NCBI RefSeq assembly: GCF_964355755.1
Contig: NC_092675.1
Span: 19,626,912 to 19,690,911, forward strand
Direction: 5' to 3'
Source: Antedon mediterranea
Lineage: Eukaryota; Animalia; Echinodermata
DNA length: 64,000 nt
The notes under the pieces are model-generated. The model did no database searches and had not been told where the DNA came from. It saw only the letters and a list, made by a program, of their open reading frames with translations. The stretch's first letter is position 1. The number at the start of each line of letters is the position of its first letter. Shown here piece by piece: positions 38,501 through 51,858 of this stretch. Both the position numbers and the translations under genes were made by a program.

Positions 38501-41500
38501 TACACTTACAATTGTAGAATATCTTAGCAATAAAGTGCACTAATCTACACCCGTCCTACTGCTGTACTGTTCAACAATTTAGTTACCAATTGTTGTTACT
38601 TTAGTTTGTTACCAGTTTTGCTTAAATCGTGAGTGTAGAAACAGTAGAAACTTATCAATTATTAAATTATAAACTAACTTTAAGCAACAGCAATTATTGG
38701 TTTACAATCAAGATGGACTTTTTGCTCTATTGCTTTTGCTTTATACTCTTTGGTTCAATTTTCTATGGATCTTCAAGATCTGCAAGAATCTTCGTTTTTC
38801 TCAGATTTACCCTGTTTGATTTGATTTGATTTGATTTATTTCGGCATCAGGAAAAGACAACATGGAAAGAACCAAAGTTTTCAGACAATTCAGGATTGAA
38901 GCCTGAAATAGTGTCTTCACATGAATTAATAGTCTTTTTTCAGTCGCTTCCAGACTATTTTTCCATCGTCTTTATACAAAATACTGATAGAAGCTATAAG
39001 ATAAGATTAACTACTTACATTCGCAGTCTGGTATCTGCTGGTTCCATGTTCCCTTTGGAGTGCAAAGAACGAGGTTAGCTCCACCAGTAATCCTGTAACC
39101 TATCTCGCATGTAACAGCACAAGCTGAATGGATCTGGTTGCTACACTCATTGATGAAGCTACCATGCTCTGGAGGAAGCAGTGAAGGGCATCTGATAGCT
39201 GTATAAAAAGAAATGATGACGGATCCAAATTACAACTCATGTTGTTGAAGTTCAGTTGCGTATTGTCAGGAGAGTATGCAAGAGGTTCCTCTCTGCTCTG
39301 AACTGGAATTGCTCTGTGGTTGTATTGTTAGTTTGAAAGCATGATGTTTCAGATTATCGTTTCATTTTCGGAAGAAAGGATACACCATCGGGAGATTCAT
39401 GATCATTAGAGATCATCATTAGAGACAAAAATCAGGAATATCTGTAGACTTCAGTCCCAATGTTGGTGGATGTGGTCTCATAAGTGAGTGGCTCCTCTTA
39501 TGTCACTTATAAGGAGATTTGTTATCATTGAAGATCATAGAAAGACAACAAGACATACGTCTGTTAAAGTGTGTTTTAAATCTACTGGTTCCATTTTCTT
39601 ATATGAAACATTAAATACTATCTCACCCACACATCTGCCACTAAGGTCCTCGGCATAGCCTTCGTCACATTTACAATCTATTATTGATGTACTTGCTATT
39701 GGACTTGAACGATAAGGTTGTGGACATGGTACACAGGTTCCAATACCTCCAGGAGAAGATTCACTCTTATACGTATTGGTTGGACATGCTGAGATAGATA
39801 CAAAATAGACATTATATTCAAATGTTGTTGTTCGTTGTAATGTATTGGTTTTAAGTAAGTTAATAAAAATATACAGATGTGGGAGTGGAGTGAGGTCGTA
39901 TGCTCAAATCCAAGCACTGGTAATTTGTATTTTGTGGTTTTCAACATGAACTTTTCTATTGAAAATCTTTTATCGAAATGTATTATTTATGAATATATAA
40001 TTTACACATGATTTTTATACATTATACCTTGGCATCCTCCTTTCAGACCAGTTCCAAAGTAACCAGCGGGACAAACACATTCATACTGGCCACTGATTGT
40101 ACCACATTTGCATATTGCCTCAGAATCGCAACAATCTTCTCGTTCTTCACAATTCGTCACACATTTCTTGTTGTTCACTTTGATATAATCTCCAGTCATC
40201 AAATCTGAAAAATGTACAATTGATTTCATAATATTAATAATCGATTGATTAATTTTGATTTTAGTAGATGAAGGGGTGTGGTTTTTCGGGATACCGTGGA
40301 AGGTTAAAAAAAAGACCAAATGCGAGAGTTTTCTATCGATTTCATATATGTTGGGGCTACAAATAGAAATAAGTCGAATTCGGATAAACATATAACTGTC
40401 CCTTTAAGTGAGTGCTTAGAACGATAACATCACATTGATTGATACCAGACTCGTAATGATGATACTAAAAGAAGTGTGCGAAAGAGCCAAAGGTCAAATG
40501 TATCGCATACAATTTTAACTTATTATATCCTTTGGGGTTTCTATATGATATATGACAGATTTCATTATTCATGTAATATATTTACATTCATTTCTTCATT
40601 AAAACACTAACAATATTATGCAAAAAACCTCAACGTCACAACTTATTCTCTCCTACTACTATAGGCTACTGAAAGTCGTTCATATCGGGAATTGAACCCG
40701 GGTCTTCTTCCCCTCCCTCCCTCTCCTTCTCTCTCTCATACTCCCTTGCTACCTATGCCAATGCCCAGAATACCTTCATATAATGCCCTTCGTGCCAACG
40801 ATTCAAACTCTTCAAAATCCTGTAAAATATAGCAATGTTCGTGTTTAGGTTCCGATGACATTTCAAACAATTCCCGGATGTTTCCATTTGATATGCCGAA
40901 TGTGAATATCTCGACTCCCCTATCGCGTAATTTTTTGGCCACTGATCGAGGGTCGCCGCCGTTTGAATAGCCATCTGTTATCAAGAAAACAGCCTTTGTG
41001 GCCTCATTACGTGCCTTCTTCAAAATGCTCTGAAAATTAAATAATAATTATCCAATTTCAAAGAAAATTTATTATCAAACTACCCCTGTTAAGAAGACAT
41101 TTTCGGGACGTATGTGTTGGGATTGGCCATTCCCTTAGTTTTTCACATGAAAGTGTTGCCTAATAATAGCGGTGTCCCAATGGAGAAGTCATATTTTTTT
41201 ACAGTAATTTATTGACACATAATAACAGTATGTTGAGCAATTATTCAAATTCCAGCATTATCAATCATTTAAAAAGTATAATTTACGATATACGAAGGAT
41301 ATATATTATGTCATATCCTGTTAAATATATCATTGCTGATGTGAGAGGCCTACATGATAATTTCATAATTATCTTGTCCGTGGCCTATATCTGACCTGTC
41401 TTGATTGCTATAGCAACGTAGCCTAAGATGATGCGTACTCGGTTGTGAAAACATGGTTAGCTTCTTTCACATCATGACAAACTAGGTGTTTAAAAGGTTA

Positions 41501-44500
41501 AATAACCAATTAAATTATAACGTACAAATCGCTCCCCAGACAACCAACTTTCGCCAATTGGAAACAGACGTCAAATAAAATTAGCATAGACACGCTAAAT
41601 ATTTTGATAATTGTTCTCTGTCAACAGGACATTTTCAAAGCAATTGTTTTTAAATTAAATTTTGGACAGTAAATTAACAATTGTTTATTGATTTCGGCCT
41701 TATAGAACCGTTATTAAAATGTTTTTAAACGTCCAAACTCTATTTTTTTTTTCATAAACCAATGTTACGGTACGGTACTTTTAATTCTCATTTGGTTTGA
41801 CCAGGGAAGAGTTAATGACCTTTTAATCGATCGATTAATGAGCCTACCTTATACATTGCGAGTCTATGATGATAGGTTATTTTGTCTCGATGTTGCATTG
41901 ATTTAGGCCTATAGACCCGTGTATTTATCATAAATTTCTACTAATTTCAAGCAAGATCATTAAAATTACGTATCAACATAAAAGTGTTTGTATCTCATTT
42001 TTGGATTGATAGTAGTCGACATATTACGACACTATGTGATTGGTTGTACGACTATAGGCCTACTGTTGATGCCTTATATAACTTACGATCATACATTATT
42101 TGAACATGCCCCTTCGTTGATAGATATTGGAAATATTTGTCGATTCCAACATTATAATAATTACAATCTGAGTACCCAATGTGTGTAAGTGAAAACAATG
42201 GGTATTGGAGTTTAATGATCACAATTAAATGATACTTGTGGATAGTTGGCTCAGGAACAAGTTTATAGATTTAGGAAGGAAATATCTGTAGGGTTGTTTA
42301 TTAATTAAGCAAAACCTTTTCCGTTAACTGAAATAATATTATACTGTACAGGTCAACATGGACAGCATGTTCACATCTTCTATATAAGCGATGACCCGCT
42401 TATTTAACCGTGATAAAACTAAATAAAAGAAATTTATTGGAAAAAATATGTGTGCAAACTTTTTTTGGCAATTACTTGATTCAGACATTGAGTAAACAAA
42501 CATGTTCCATGCTAGGTTTATGCGGCAAATACATACATTTTATTTAAGGGTTAGTTTGGCAAGGCAAGTTTGTTACAAAACTACTGAAAATGACCATAAG
42601 AAACAAATTTATTTTTACCATACAATTACAAAACTCTGAAAATAAGTTAATAATTTAATTATCAGCTCATACAGTCGAAGAATAACAAGTAGTGGAAATA
42701 GATTTTAATTTTTAGTCCATTGCATAGATAAGGTTTAAATTACTCTTGTTTTGGGTCCACCTTCAATAGGCCTACCATGATATGACTTTCGTGCTATCCA
42801 CGAAATTTTTTACAACTTTGTAGGCTGTTGTTGTATTAGGCCTATTTGTCAGTTAACTATACTGAGTCGCGTACCAATTATCAACATTTTTAAGCACGCT
42901 TAACATTAATATGAGAAAATCAATAATACAATCAATCCTTTCGTATTGATTATTATTATTTGGTTTTCTCATATTAATGTTAACAGCCATAGTAAAGCGA
43001 GTCAAATGGCCGAGCGGTTAAGGCAGGGGCGCCGTTTACCGTACCTAAAGAGCCAACAACATCGGCAAGGGTTCGAGGCTGACTCGCTCCTAGTTCTGGT
43101 GGTGGAACAAGTCTTCTCGGATAAGGACTATAAACCGTAGGTCAAGTGTACACAGTTATAACCTGTGTGCACTTTAAAGAACCCAGTTCATTATTCGAAA
43201 AGAGTAGTGGGTTACCCCGGTGAACTGGTTCGCAAAATAGCCCCTGTATCAGGGGGATTACCACCTATCTGATAGGACAGTGATTAATTCACTATTGGTA
43301 ATCTTTGGCCACTTTGCCTAAAAACATAAAATAAAATAAATAAATAAATAAAAAAAACAATTTTGACAAACCGTTTCAGATTTTCAACACGGTATATGGC
43401 ATGCAATTTATTTAATCAAACATTTAAAAGATAGTAACTTGTATTCATTTATTTATATATTAGTATCACTTTGTATAATTTAATGATCTACTATGTTACA
43501 AAACATATCTCAAAATTGTAAAATTTTGACAATAATGTAGATTTATATCTTGTACTTGTATTCAATTTTACCCAATGAAATTGTTGTGGTCAAATAAATG
43601 ATTCATCTCACGATAAAATTATGTCGTTTTTATTGTAGATCGGGAAATTTGAAGACCTTTTGGTAGTTAAAGTAGGCAAGAGTGAAATTTTGTAGTCCAT
43701 TTTTTTAAATAACTGATTCATGTACTTGTTCCCAATTTTCAGTTGTGACGATTACAAAGCTTGTCAAATTGAAACATCCAGACCTTTCCTTGTTATGATT
43801 GGTCAGTGACTGAGGTACGCATGGATCAGCGCGTACATTCAATTGAACTCATCTACTTTAAGTTACCTGACCGGTTTAACTTCATTCTTGCTGGTGAAAC
43901 GTGGTGAAACGGTTGTTTTAAGGTACATTCTTTGCATTTGAAGCGTATTGAAATCATTACTTTGGGCTAAGCTGTTAAAGCTGAACTAATGAGTGTAATA
44001 CATTGACTAAATGACGGACGGGTCAAAGTTCATCAAAATTTGCGTGCTTCCCCTTAGCGACAAAACACCCCGTTGGTTTGATTCGATTTGATAAGCTTTT
44101 CATTTATATTTTTTTCTACTGTATATTCCAGGCATAGTTCAGTTTATAACTTTTTTTCCCACAGAAGGGATGGTCAATTTGAAAATTGCAATTTAGGGAT
44201 TAATGAACTAATTTATTGAAATTATTGATCACTTTATAAACTTTATTGTATTTACTGGCTTAAATGTTTTTAAACGTTTTACGTCTCAAAAGACGTAAAA
44301 CGCATAAGCTTTTTCTTGTCCTATTTAACATTTATAGTTTACGCATGTTTTTTTGTGTGTCATATTTATATTAAGGACATCAATACGTTTTGCACTATTC
44401 GTTGAGTTCATTGACGTAACTTTATACAGTCTTTATTGTTTTTTGACGAATGAAAATACTGTATCTCTCGCGGTTTGTGTAACATGAAAATATTACGAAT

Positions 44501-47500
44501 GACTAAATTAGTCTCAAATTAGAAGTCCAACCGCGGCTAGTGTTTAGATGTTTAGGCTAAGAAACCTTAGGTATTTAGTGTGGTATGTCGATACATTTTT
44601 GACTTGGTCTAGCTTTTGGTTGATGTTGCTTGCTGACGTATTTTTGACGTTCCTGATTTATACAATAATGTATTCCTTGTAGCCTGGCTACAACTCAGTC
44701 AGTGCATTCAAATTAGAATGCAAAATTACATTATGATTCGTCGATAAATATAGGCTTAGCCCAAACTACAGCAGCAATGTATCATTGTGTTGCATTTTAT
44801 TGTTTCCTTGTTACTAGATTAAACTATAAAATAATGTTATAATCTTCTAAATATATAATATTTATCATTGTCATTTTAATACATATATTCTTCTTTATAA
44901 TATAAAATATAATGAATAAAATGTATACGGTATATAGACAATACAACGGTAGTGAAAACATGTGCATGAAACCAAAGTAGAGATTCGATTGTGAACTTGA
45001 ATTTTGTTTCTGTTTGGCCACGTACTGAGATTTTGGCTTTCCTCCTAAAGTTTCCATGGCCTTTGTAAATCTTAGTTAAAGAGAGGATAATACGTTGTGG
45101 GTTATTTTAATAGCATCCCCGCTGAAATGTATTTTCTCACTAACTTGTTCAGACCGTCTGCCAGTGCAGTGGACACAGGGGTTAGACAATAGTGTTCATA
45201 TTTAATGTCAAACACCTTCCCATGAGCATGGGGTTGATGTTATGCCAGCATTTTGGCACACGCTGGGATGGATATTTTTATATCCTTGGTGATAGAGCCA
45301 TAACCAAAGCTTGCTATTTGAAACCTTCTATTAACTGACAGTCGTACGATTCAATCATGATTCGTTGATAAAATAATGATAAAGTTTGCGATTTTTTCTC
45401 GTTTTTGGTCAATACACAATCGTATATTAACAGTGTCTATTGCGTTGTGTAGGCTGTGTAAGTTTAAGATGTATTACATTTATCACCTGGCAAAAAAAAT
45501 ACCTTTAAAGCTATACATGTACTCGATTTCATAAAATGTCTATCTTTTCCATGAATGTTTAGTTTATTTATTACCAATTAAGAATGTCATTTTATATTAA
45601 ATGGATCTTATTCATAATTTGTGATCAGAGTACAGTAAGCCTACCGATACCTTATACACCGTATTCACAGTACACTTGTTAAGGACCAATATTCTTAAAT
45701 ATTTCTAGTATCATATTTTCTTTCATTTTACATGATTTCAACATAAAAATGTTTCTTATTAGGTTATTCTCACTAGAGGAAAACCTATAACATGTTTTTG
45801 ACTACATTCTGTGTTATACTGTAGTATACAACATGTATTCTATCCGTTTATTCATACTGTTCTCAATGTTTAGGAGAGTGCACCCTACTACATAAACAGC
45901 CACTAGGAACAACAGTCTGTTGATTGTTGTCCGACCGTTTTTGCTTTAAATAAAAATTGTATTCTATGATCACTTTTTATGCAATTCGGTAAAAAAATGG
46001 TTGAAGTTGAAGTTTATTAATTGTGGTTGCTGGTTACGCCGGTGATGTTAAGTTTCTTAATCCCTTCACAGCAAACATGAATTAAAATTGGTAAATCTCT
46101 TGAAATAATGTCAAAATTATTTCCCGTCACCGGAGTTACAACGCTAAGGATGTATATTGAATGGCGCTAACAACGCAACTTCATTGTTCACACGCAAAGG
46201 CGAACGATATGCCATCCATTCTTACGTCGTATACGTGTGAACATACCCAAAGTAAAAGAACTGGCGTACAGAACAACTAATGGAATAGTCTTTCTCAACT
46301 ACTGCAATAATAAATAGCAGGCCTAGTTATACAAACATACATACTGTCAAGAAGGCTTATACTATATTATTAGTTGAAACTAGAGAAATGAAATGAATGT
46401 TGAAAAGGGACGCCATGAAAAAGCGTATAAATTGAAAAAAAAACGCTTAAATGAAAAGTAAATAAGAAGATTAGACTATCACAATATAATGTATTTAACA
46501 CGAGACGGAATGCAACTATGACACTTTCTAATACAAAATATAGAAATGATCGATTTATGAAATGTAACATGTTCAGTCTAATCTCAATGATCAAGGTGTG
46601 GATTGGGTTTATGGCTGTTGTACCTATCCAGTTTTTTCTAGTTCTTTCAACATTATCTTAATTTGCTCGCCATGGGTAATCTGGTGATTTCGCATTATCA
46701 ATGAGTCGGTTGTGGAAAGATTAATGATTGTGCCTTCTGTTATTCCTAAAGCCTTAGTTTAGAAAGTCCCGACATAAAAGCTTTACACCCCTTATTCACT
46801 ATATATATATATATATATCTGTATAACTAGGCGTACTACTAATCTATTACTGCAGGTACTTCAGTAGTTGAGAAAGAATATTCCGTTAGTTGTTCTGTTC
46901 ACATTTTTGTTTTATTGATTATCCAATGTGTGATAGTTGTAAAGTATTAGTTTATTGTAAATGGTTATTTAAACTAACTGGTTTATACGTTTAATGTAAA
47001 ATACCAGTTATTTGACTTTGGGTATGTTCACACGTATACCACGTAATGGCGTATCGTACGCCTTTGCGTGTGAACAAGGAAGTTGCGTTGTTAGCGTCAT
47101 TTGATACACCACTAGCGTTGTAACTCCATGGACGCTGATTAATTTTGACATTATTTCAAGAGATTTACCAAATTTAATTAATTTTTATTTATATTTATAT
47201 TTATTTGCCTATTGAAAAGAATCTACTAGGCCCCATCTGCTAATGTTAACCAAATTAAGTATGATCCGATGATCAAATTATATTTATGCGTCTATATTGG
47301 CTCAGTACTCGTAAATATCATTCCCTTGACAAAAACCACTCCCTTCAAATATCAGCCAATGTTTTTGGAATTTGGTCTAGACTAAAAAAATTAAATAATT
47401 CAGTAAATCAAATGTATTCATAATTTATTAGTAGACCCAAGTGATCTGTATTATTTAATATGTACAGTATAAGAATATATCAACTACCTAAACATTTTAA

Positions 47501-50500
47501 ATGTTACATTTACTAATCACGTAGTCCTAATAACTGCCAACTTTTCGCGGAAATCGGAAGCTTTTAAATGTAGGATGGAAAATTGTACCGTTATGATTTT
47601 AATCTCTAAGCAGTTATCGTATTTGATATTATCATAAACCTTGACCAGTTTACATTACAGGTTACTATTGATCACGTTCATTTAATGTTTGTTAATTTTA
47701 ATTCTTCCAGTACACGTGACTCGGAATAGGCCTACACCAGCATGCGCTAGCCCATTACTGGTGCTGTACCTAAACTTATCATCCAAAGGTAACGGCACAA
47801 CCGTAGACCATAACAAAACCCTTAACATAACCTTCCATGTTACATAACCACATGTGATACACATGTGATGCTGTATTCCGGAATTTGCCTAGAGTAACTG
47901 TACATTTGTCATTGTGTCGACAGACTTACTAAAAATCGGGTGGTAACGCGCAGCGTACAGTATTAAACTGCTATCTACGGTGAACATAAAACTGTTAATA
48001 TCACACCAGACGCAATGCATTCCAAACGCAATGCATTCTAAAATCATCAGAAATTTCGCCTCAATTCATTTAATTTTACATTCATTACAGTTCTACACCA
48101 ACGTAATAAACGCGTTTGATTTGCCTTAAAACGTTACATTGAATGTATTCCCTGAAGAGTTTCATAGTAAAACACATAATTCATTACAATATGACATATC
48201 ATAACACGAACATGTTTGGACAAATTCCCAATACATATCGCACGTTACTACTATTATTGACAATTGATGACATTCCAGAATTATATTTCTGTTATTAGGT
48301 TCAATTGACTGAAATGTAGTAGACATCCGAAGGGGTTTATAAAATAGACGTCCAACCCGATGGTTCCTTGAAGTAATAAATCGTAAAAGAGAAACATTAT
48401 TAGCTGTTAAACTTTGTCTAATGGTGCCAAAGGTTCACAGAGTTTAACACGTTGAAACGAGTATGTCCTTATAAAAAATGTATACAGACTACACAGTACT
48501 CTTTCTCTGTGCGTATAGTATAGTATCCACGTGCGTAGTGTGCGCTCGCCCTAATTGCGCATATACACAACATTTTTTTGTGTATTTCTATTTCAATGTC
48601 AAAAGTTCAAACTTTTGAAATTTGCATGGCCACGTGCCATACTATTCATACTATTCACTTGTGAGATTAATGTGAGAATGTGCATGTAAAGTATGATGAT
48701 GTGTTCCATTTCAGCCAATCAAAAATAGACATAATAATTTTTGAATTATTATTTTATAATTTATTTATAACTTTCCTCCTGGGATAATTTTCTTTAAACT
48801 AATGTTATTTAGGTGAAACATGTGCCAGCCTCAAATGAATGTGACTAAACCGCATCCGGAATTATCCATAAATCATACTATTAATATTCAGCGTCAATGA
48901 ACAGGTTGATAATGATCGGCTGATATGGTGTGATGTGATCATATGATTTACATAATCCCGCGTTTTTTTATAAATCACCGTGTTACGATAAACTATGTTT
49001 TTTTTTTTAGTAATTGAATTATGTTTACTATGCCTCCTACGCATATTTCTTTAGATTATTTACGACGATTTGTATTTCATACACATAGTATAGATAAACA
49101 CTTTGCATGACAGTTTTGTTTATCTAAACATTTTTAAAGATCCAGGTGGATCTTCGCCCTGGCAAAAATGTTATTTTCCGCTGGTCCCACACAGTAATAC
49201 CGATATTCTTATTTCTTAAAAAAACAAAAAGTCAACAAATATAACTTTAGTACTGCCGAATGATGTTTGCAGTTTTCGATCCTTCACTTTCCTTTAAGTT
49301 GTTGGTAATTCGATATTTCGTTACAAGATGTTTTAAAAATAATTTAATTGCAACTCTAGTGTCAATCATTTTCTGTATTTATTATGTTTTTTTTTTCAAA
49401 CTTCACGACCCTATTTTTTCTAAAATTGGTTTATTTGTGAATTCAAAGAATGATGTTTCCAACATGTTTCGCAATACTTTTACATGTTTGTGTTTAGTGT
49501 CTGTGAAATTGCTGTTTGTTTTTCTGTTGGTATCACATAATATATGTGTATAGTTGTATGCAAATGATACATAAATAAATTATGTTTAAGACGATATGTT
49601 AAAACCAGCGGGACGTCTAATACTTGCGGTGTAGATTTCTTGAAATCACTACCACACGTTAGATCTGGGCAATTTTTTTTGTAAATTTGATTGTAAACTT
49701 CTTATTTCTTTAAACGTCCTCAGTGATTCATTACATTTTAGCCACGAACGTACTACTCCGTACGGACTTTGTAAATTGTAGTTATTTAAGACTAAGAATA
49801 TTTATATATTGTTTGCATGGCGAAATCAAATGTTTATACAAAGTTTGCGGTACACAACGTATATTTTTATTAGTTGTGAAAAGAACTATTAAAGAAGATT
49901 TAGTTATTTCCGTTTATGGTCCTAAATTCTTGAATGATGCCAACCTCAAGAATTCTTTTCGTAAAAAAATATCTCTCTTTATATTAATTGAGCACAATAA
50001 GCCTTGTATACACTATCAAACTTTGACAGACCAGTGTGTTGTGCCCATTTATGGACATGATAATGGAACATCACAATGTTTTTGTCAAACTAGTTTAAAT
50101 TGATTGTTGCTTAAGATTGAATGTATACTTATTACTATTTATATTAATTAACTTATGTTTATTAAGGACACTTCAAACAAACTGAGAATCGATTGATATT
50201 AATAATAAATAATTGATATATCATTGTAAGAATTGTCTGCAGCGGTAAAAATGGTTCTTTAAAAAAATGTGTGCAATGAATAATTATTATTAAAATATTG
50301 AATAATACTGTAATTCAATTAAGCAGACACACATTTTAAAAAAGACATTTTTTGATAAATAAATGAGGGTCCGAAAGTGAACATAAAAAAATAAATGCGT
50401 GAAATAATGTGAATTTAATAAAATAGAACGATGAGGAGATAATACCTCCAGGGGTTTGACTCTAAGCTTACAGGTGCTGTCACAACAACATTGGTTTTGC

Positions 50501-51858
50501 TTGTACGAAAACAATTTGCTATATACCGTAAATATCAACGTATTTATGCTAAGTAACTTATTTACTTATAATAAGTATACCTTAGATTCAAAGTATATAA
50601 TAAGTATAATAATATACCTTTCCTCGCTACAGAATGAAGTCAAACGCCTTATTTTACATGAGTTGCAAATCCAATCTGAACTGAAGTAATGTTACCTCTT
50701 TTATTCCCATGTCCATGCTTGCAATGCCAACCAATGAACCATTTATTGTCTATGTTCTGTTCATGTTTATTTTCATAATTTTAGATAGATTGGAATCCCT
50801 CATTTGGGACACCCCTATTCAGGCGACGTCCCTATTTTAAAAAGAAACTTTCCCGTGATAATAATGTGGGTCCCTTATTAAGGAATACTGTCTTTGGATC
50901 CAAAGGCGTTTTCTTAATATGGGCTCTAACTGTTTCTTGTAACATTATTTTCAATCAAATAATGCTATTTATAGCTGTATTGTTTTTTTTAAATAAAAAT
51001 ATGCTTACTGTATACTACTATATACTTTATAACGAGTTGTAAGCCTTTTTCCATAAGAATATTTCCTAAACTATATTATATATAGATATATACCTGACAT
51101 CTTTAATGATTGCCACAACCATAACAAGCAAAAAAACTTACATATGCATTCTCAAAAGCTCCCTTGGTGTACGTTCCTCCTCCAACATACGTAATATTTG
51201 GCAGTTCCTCTGTGAATAACGAACATTTATGATTTTCTACTGTTGGAAAACTTATCTGGTCCGTGACATTTAATACTCTAGATCTGGATGCAAATGTAAT
51301 GACAGCAACTCTAGTCGACCAATACGAGACAACAAAATCCGCAAGAACCTTCTTAACAAATTTTAATTCGTTAAAAAAGTTTGCTTTCCCAACACTCGCA
51401 GAACTGTCAACGAGAAATACTAATTCTAGTTGGCCGTTTTGAACATCTCTCAATCGGTCGATTCTACTCTTTAGAATTGCCCCCAACACGTCCACCCTAG
51501 TGGCACCGGGCATGCTTGCAAAAGTCGTATTATACATATTTCCTAGAAGAATCGACGAAGTAATGTCCATATTGAGCTGATCCTCTGTATTTAACTTACT
51601 ATTATAGTTGTCATCATCATAATCGTAGTCCGATTCTGTTTCTAAGCTGTTAGGCCTCGGCTGGTCATTTTGAGGAACGTTAATATTCCGTCCTGTATTG
51701 TTTTCATCTGTTGACCTACGCTGGACATTGCTAAGTGGTCCGGCTTTGACAGGTAGACTTATCAATAACATTAATACGAGACAACACCTAACAACTTTGA
51801 AGATTCCTTGCAGTTGAATGTTAAACATGGAAAACTGCAACAGTTTCAAACAAAACAT
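20515..51858 (-). CDS. SVEP1: Sushi, von Willebrand factor A, EGF and pentraxin domain-containing protein 1 (polydom), ~3096 aa, 31 exons
   Basis: Exons 5'->3': 51858-51142, 41029-40774, 40204-40028, 39788-39627, 39198-39019, 37871-37692, 37464-37267, 36706-36452, 35724-35485, 35180-34989, 34767-34649, 34529-34460, 34152-34015, 33848-33633, 33360-33205, 32928-32767, 32662-32501, 32289-32143, 31612-31499, 31036-30923, 30496-30295, 30033-29876, 29492-29294, 28860-28682, 28102-27851, 27716-27543, 27181-27008, 26705-24675, 24469-22643, 20983-20858, 20528-20515 (TAA). Total 9291 nt, in frame. The domain order matches SVEP1: signal peptide, vWA ([35 protein letters not shown]), ephrin-receptor-like repeat, 3 CCP, 2 HYR, CCP, 3 ephrin-like repeats, EGF array, pentraxin ([11 protein letters not shown]), long CCP array, terminal EGF. 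The start could instead be the second ATG in the same frame. Confidence 0.93.
21093..22548. repeat. 26-bp minisatellite (~55 copies) in SVEP1 intron 29
   Basis: Unit caattagactactggagcacccttta with C/A variants; blocks of a 25-bp variant ccattaaactaatggagcacccttt at ~21977 and ~22440. Confidence 0.95.
26685..26963. repeat. ~140-bp tandem duplication spanning the acceptor of SVEP1 exon 28
   Basis: gaaccttgttgcataggatttctt..aacttcattaaagaaaccag..ttgattttgttccaaattgattggtctt..ttaccctaat occurs at ~26685-26832 and ~26833-26963. Confidence 0.88.
28176..28440 (-). mobile_element. L2-clade LINE 3' fragment
   Basis: The minus strand reads [29 protein letters not shown], then a tgtacagcgcttt..aaagcgctttataaat stem-loop and a (TATAG)n tail. 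Confidence 0.72.
38035..38099. mobile_element. MITE family A, internally deleted copy
   Basis: agctctgtctac ... gatagtgtagacagagct, 65 bp. Confidence 0.7.
38859..38922 (+). repeat. Perfect 64-bp inverted copy of SVEP1 exon 9 sequence (35588-35651) inside SVEP1 intron 5
   Basis: aacatggaaagaaccaaagttttcagacaattcaggattgaagcctgaaatagtgtcttcacat is the exact reverse complement of 35588-35651. Confidence 0.92.
42997..43357 (+). mobile_element. tRNA-derived SINE with Deu/Nin-like central domain
   Basis: A box TGGCCGAGCGG (43007-43017), B box GGTTCGAGGC (43070-43079), gcgagtc/gactcgc acceptor-like stem, central ataaaccgtaggtc..ttaaagaaccc..ttcgaaaagagtagtggg..ccccggtg resembling the DeuSINE core, and an (AAAT)n tail. 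Confidence 0.78.
46081..47178. mobile_element. Fold-back element with ~230-bp imperfect inverted arms
   Basis: 46081-46305 (ttggtaaatctcttgaaataatgtcaaaatt..gttcacacgcaaaggcg..gtgtgaacatacccaaagt..tctcaactactg) is the reverse complement of 46862-46900 plus 47004-47178. Confidence 0.75.
50000..50096. mobile_element. MITE family A, degenerate copy
   Basis: tacactatcaaactttg..gtgcccatttatggacatgat..tgtcaaactagttt. Confidence 0.6.

Noticed and set aside
42997-43087. tRNA gene
   Set aside because: The A and B boxes continue into a SINE body and tail, with no clean cloverleaf or poly-T terminator.
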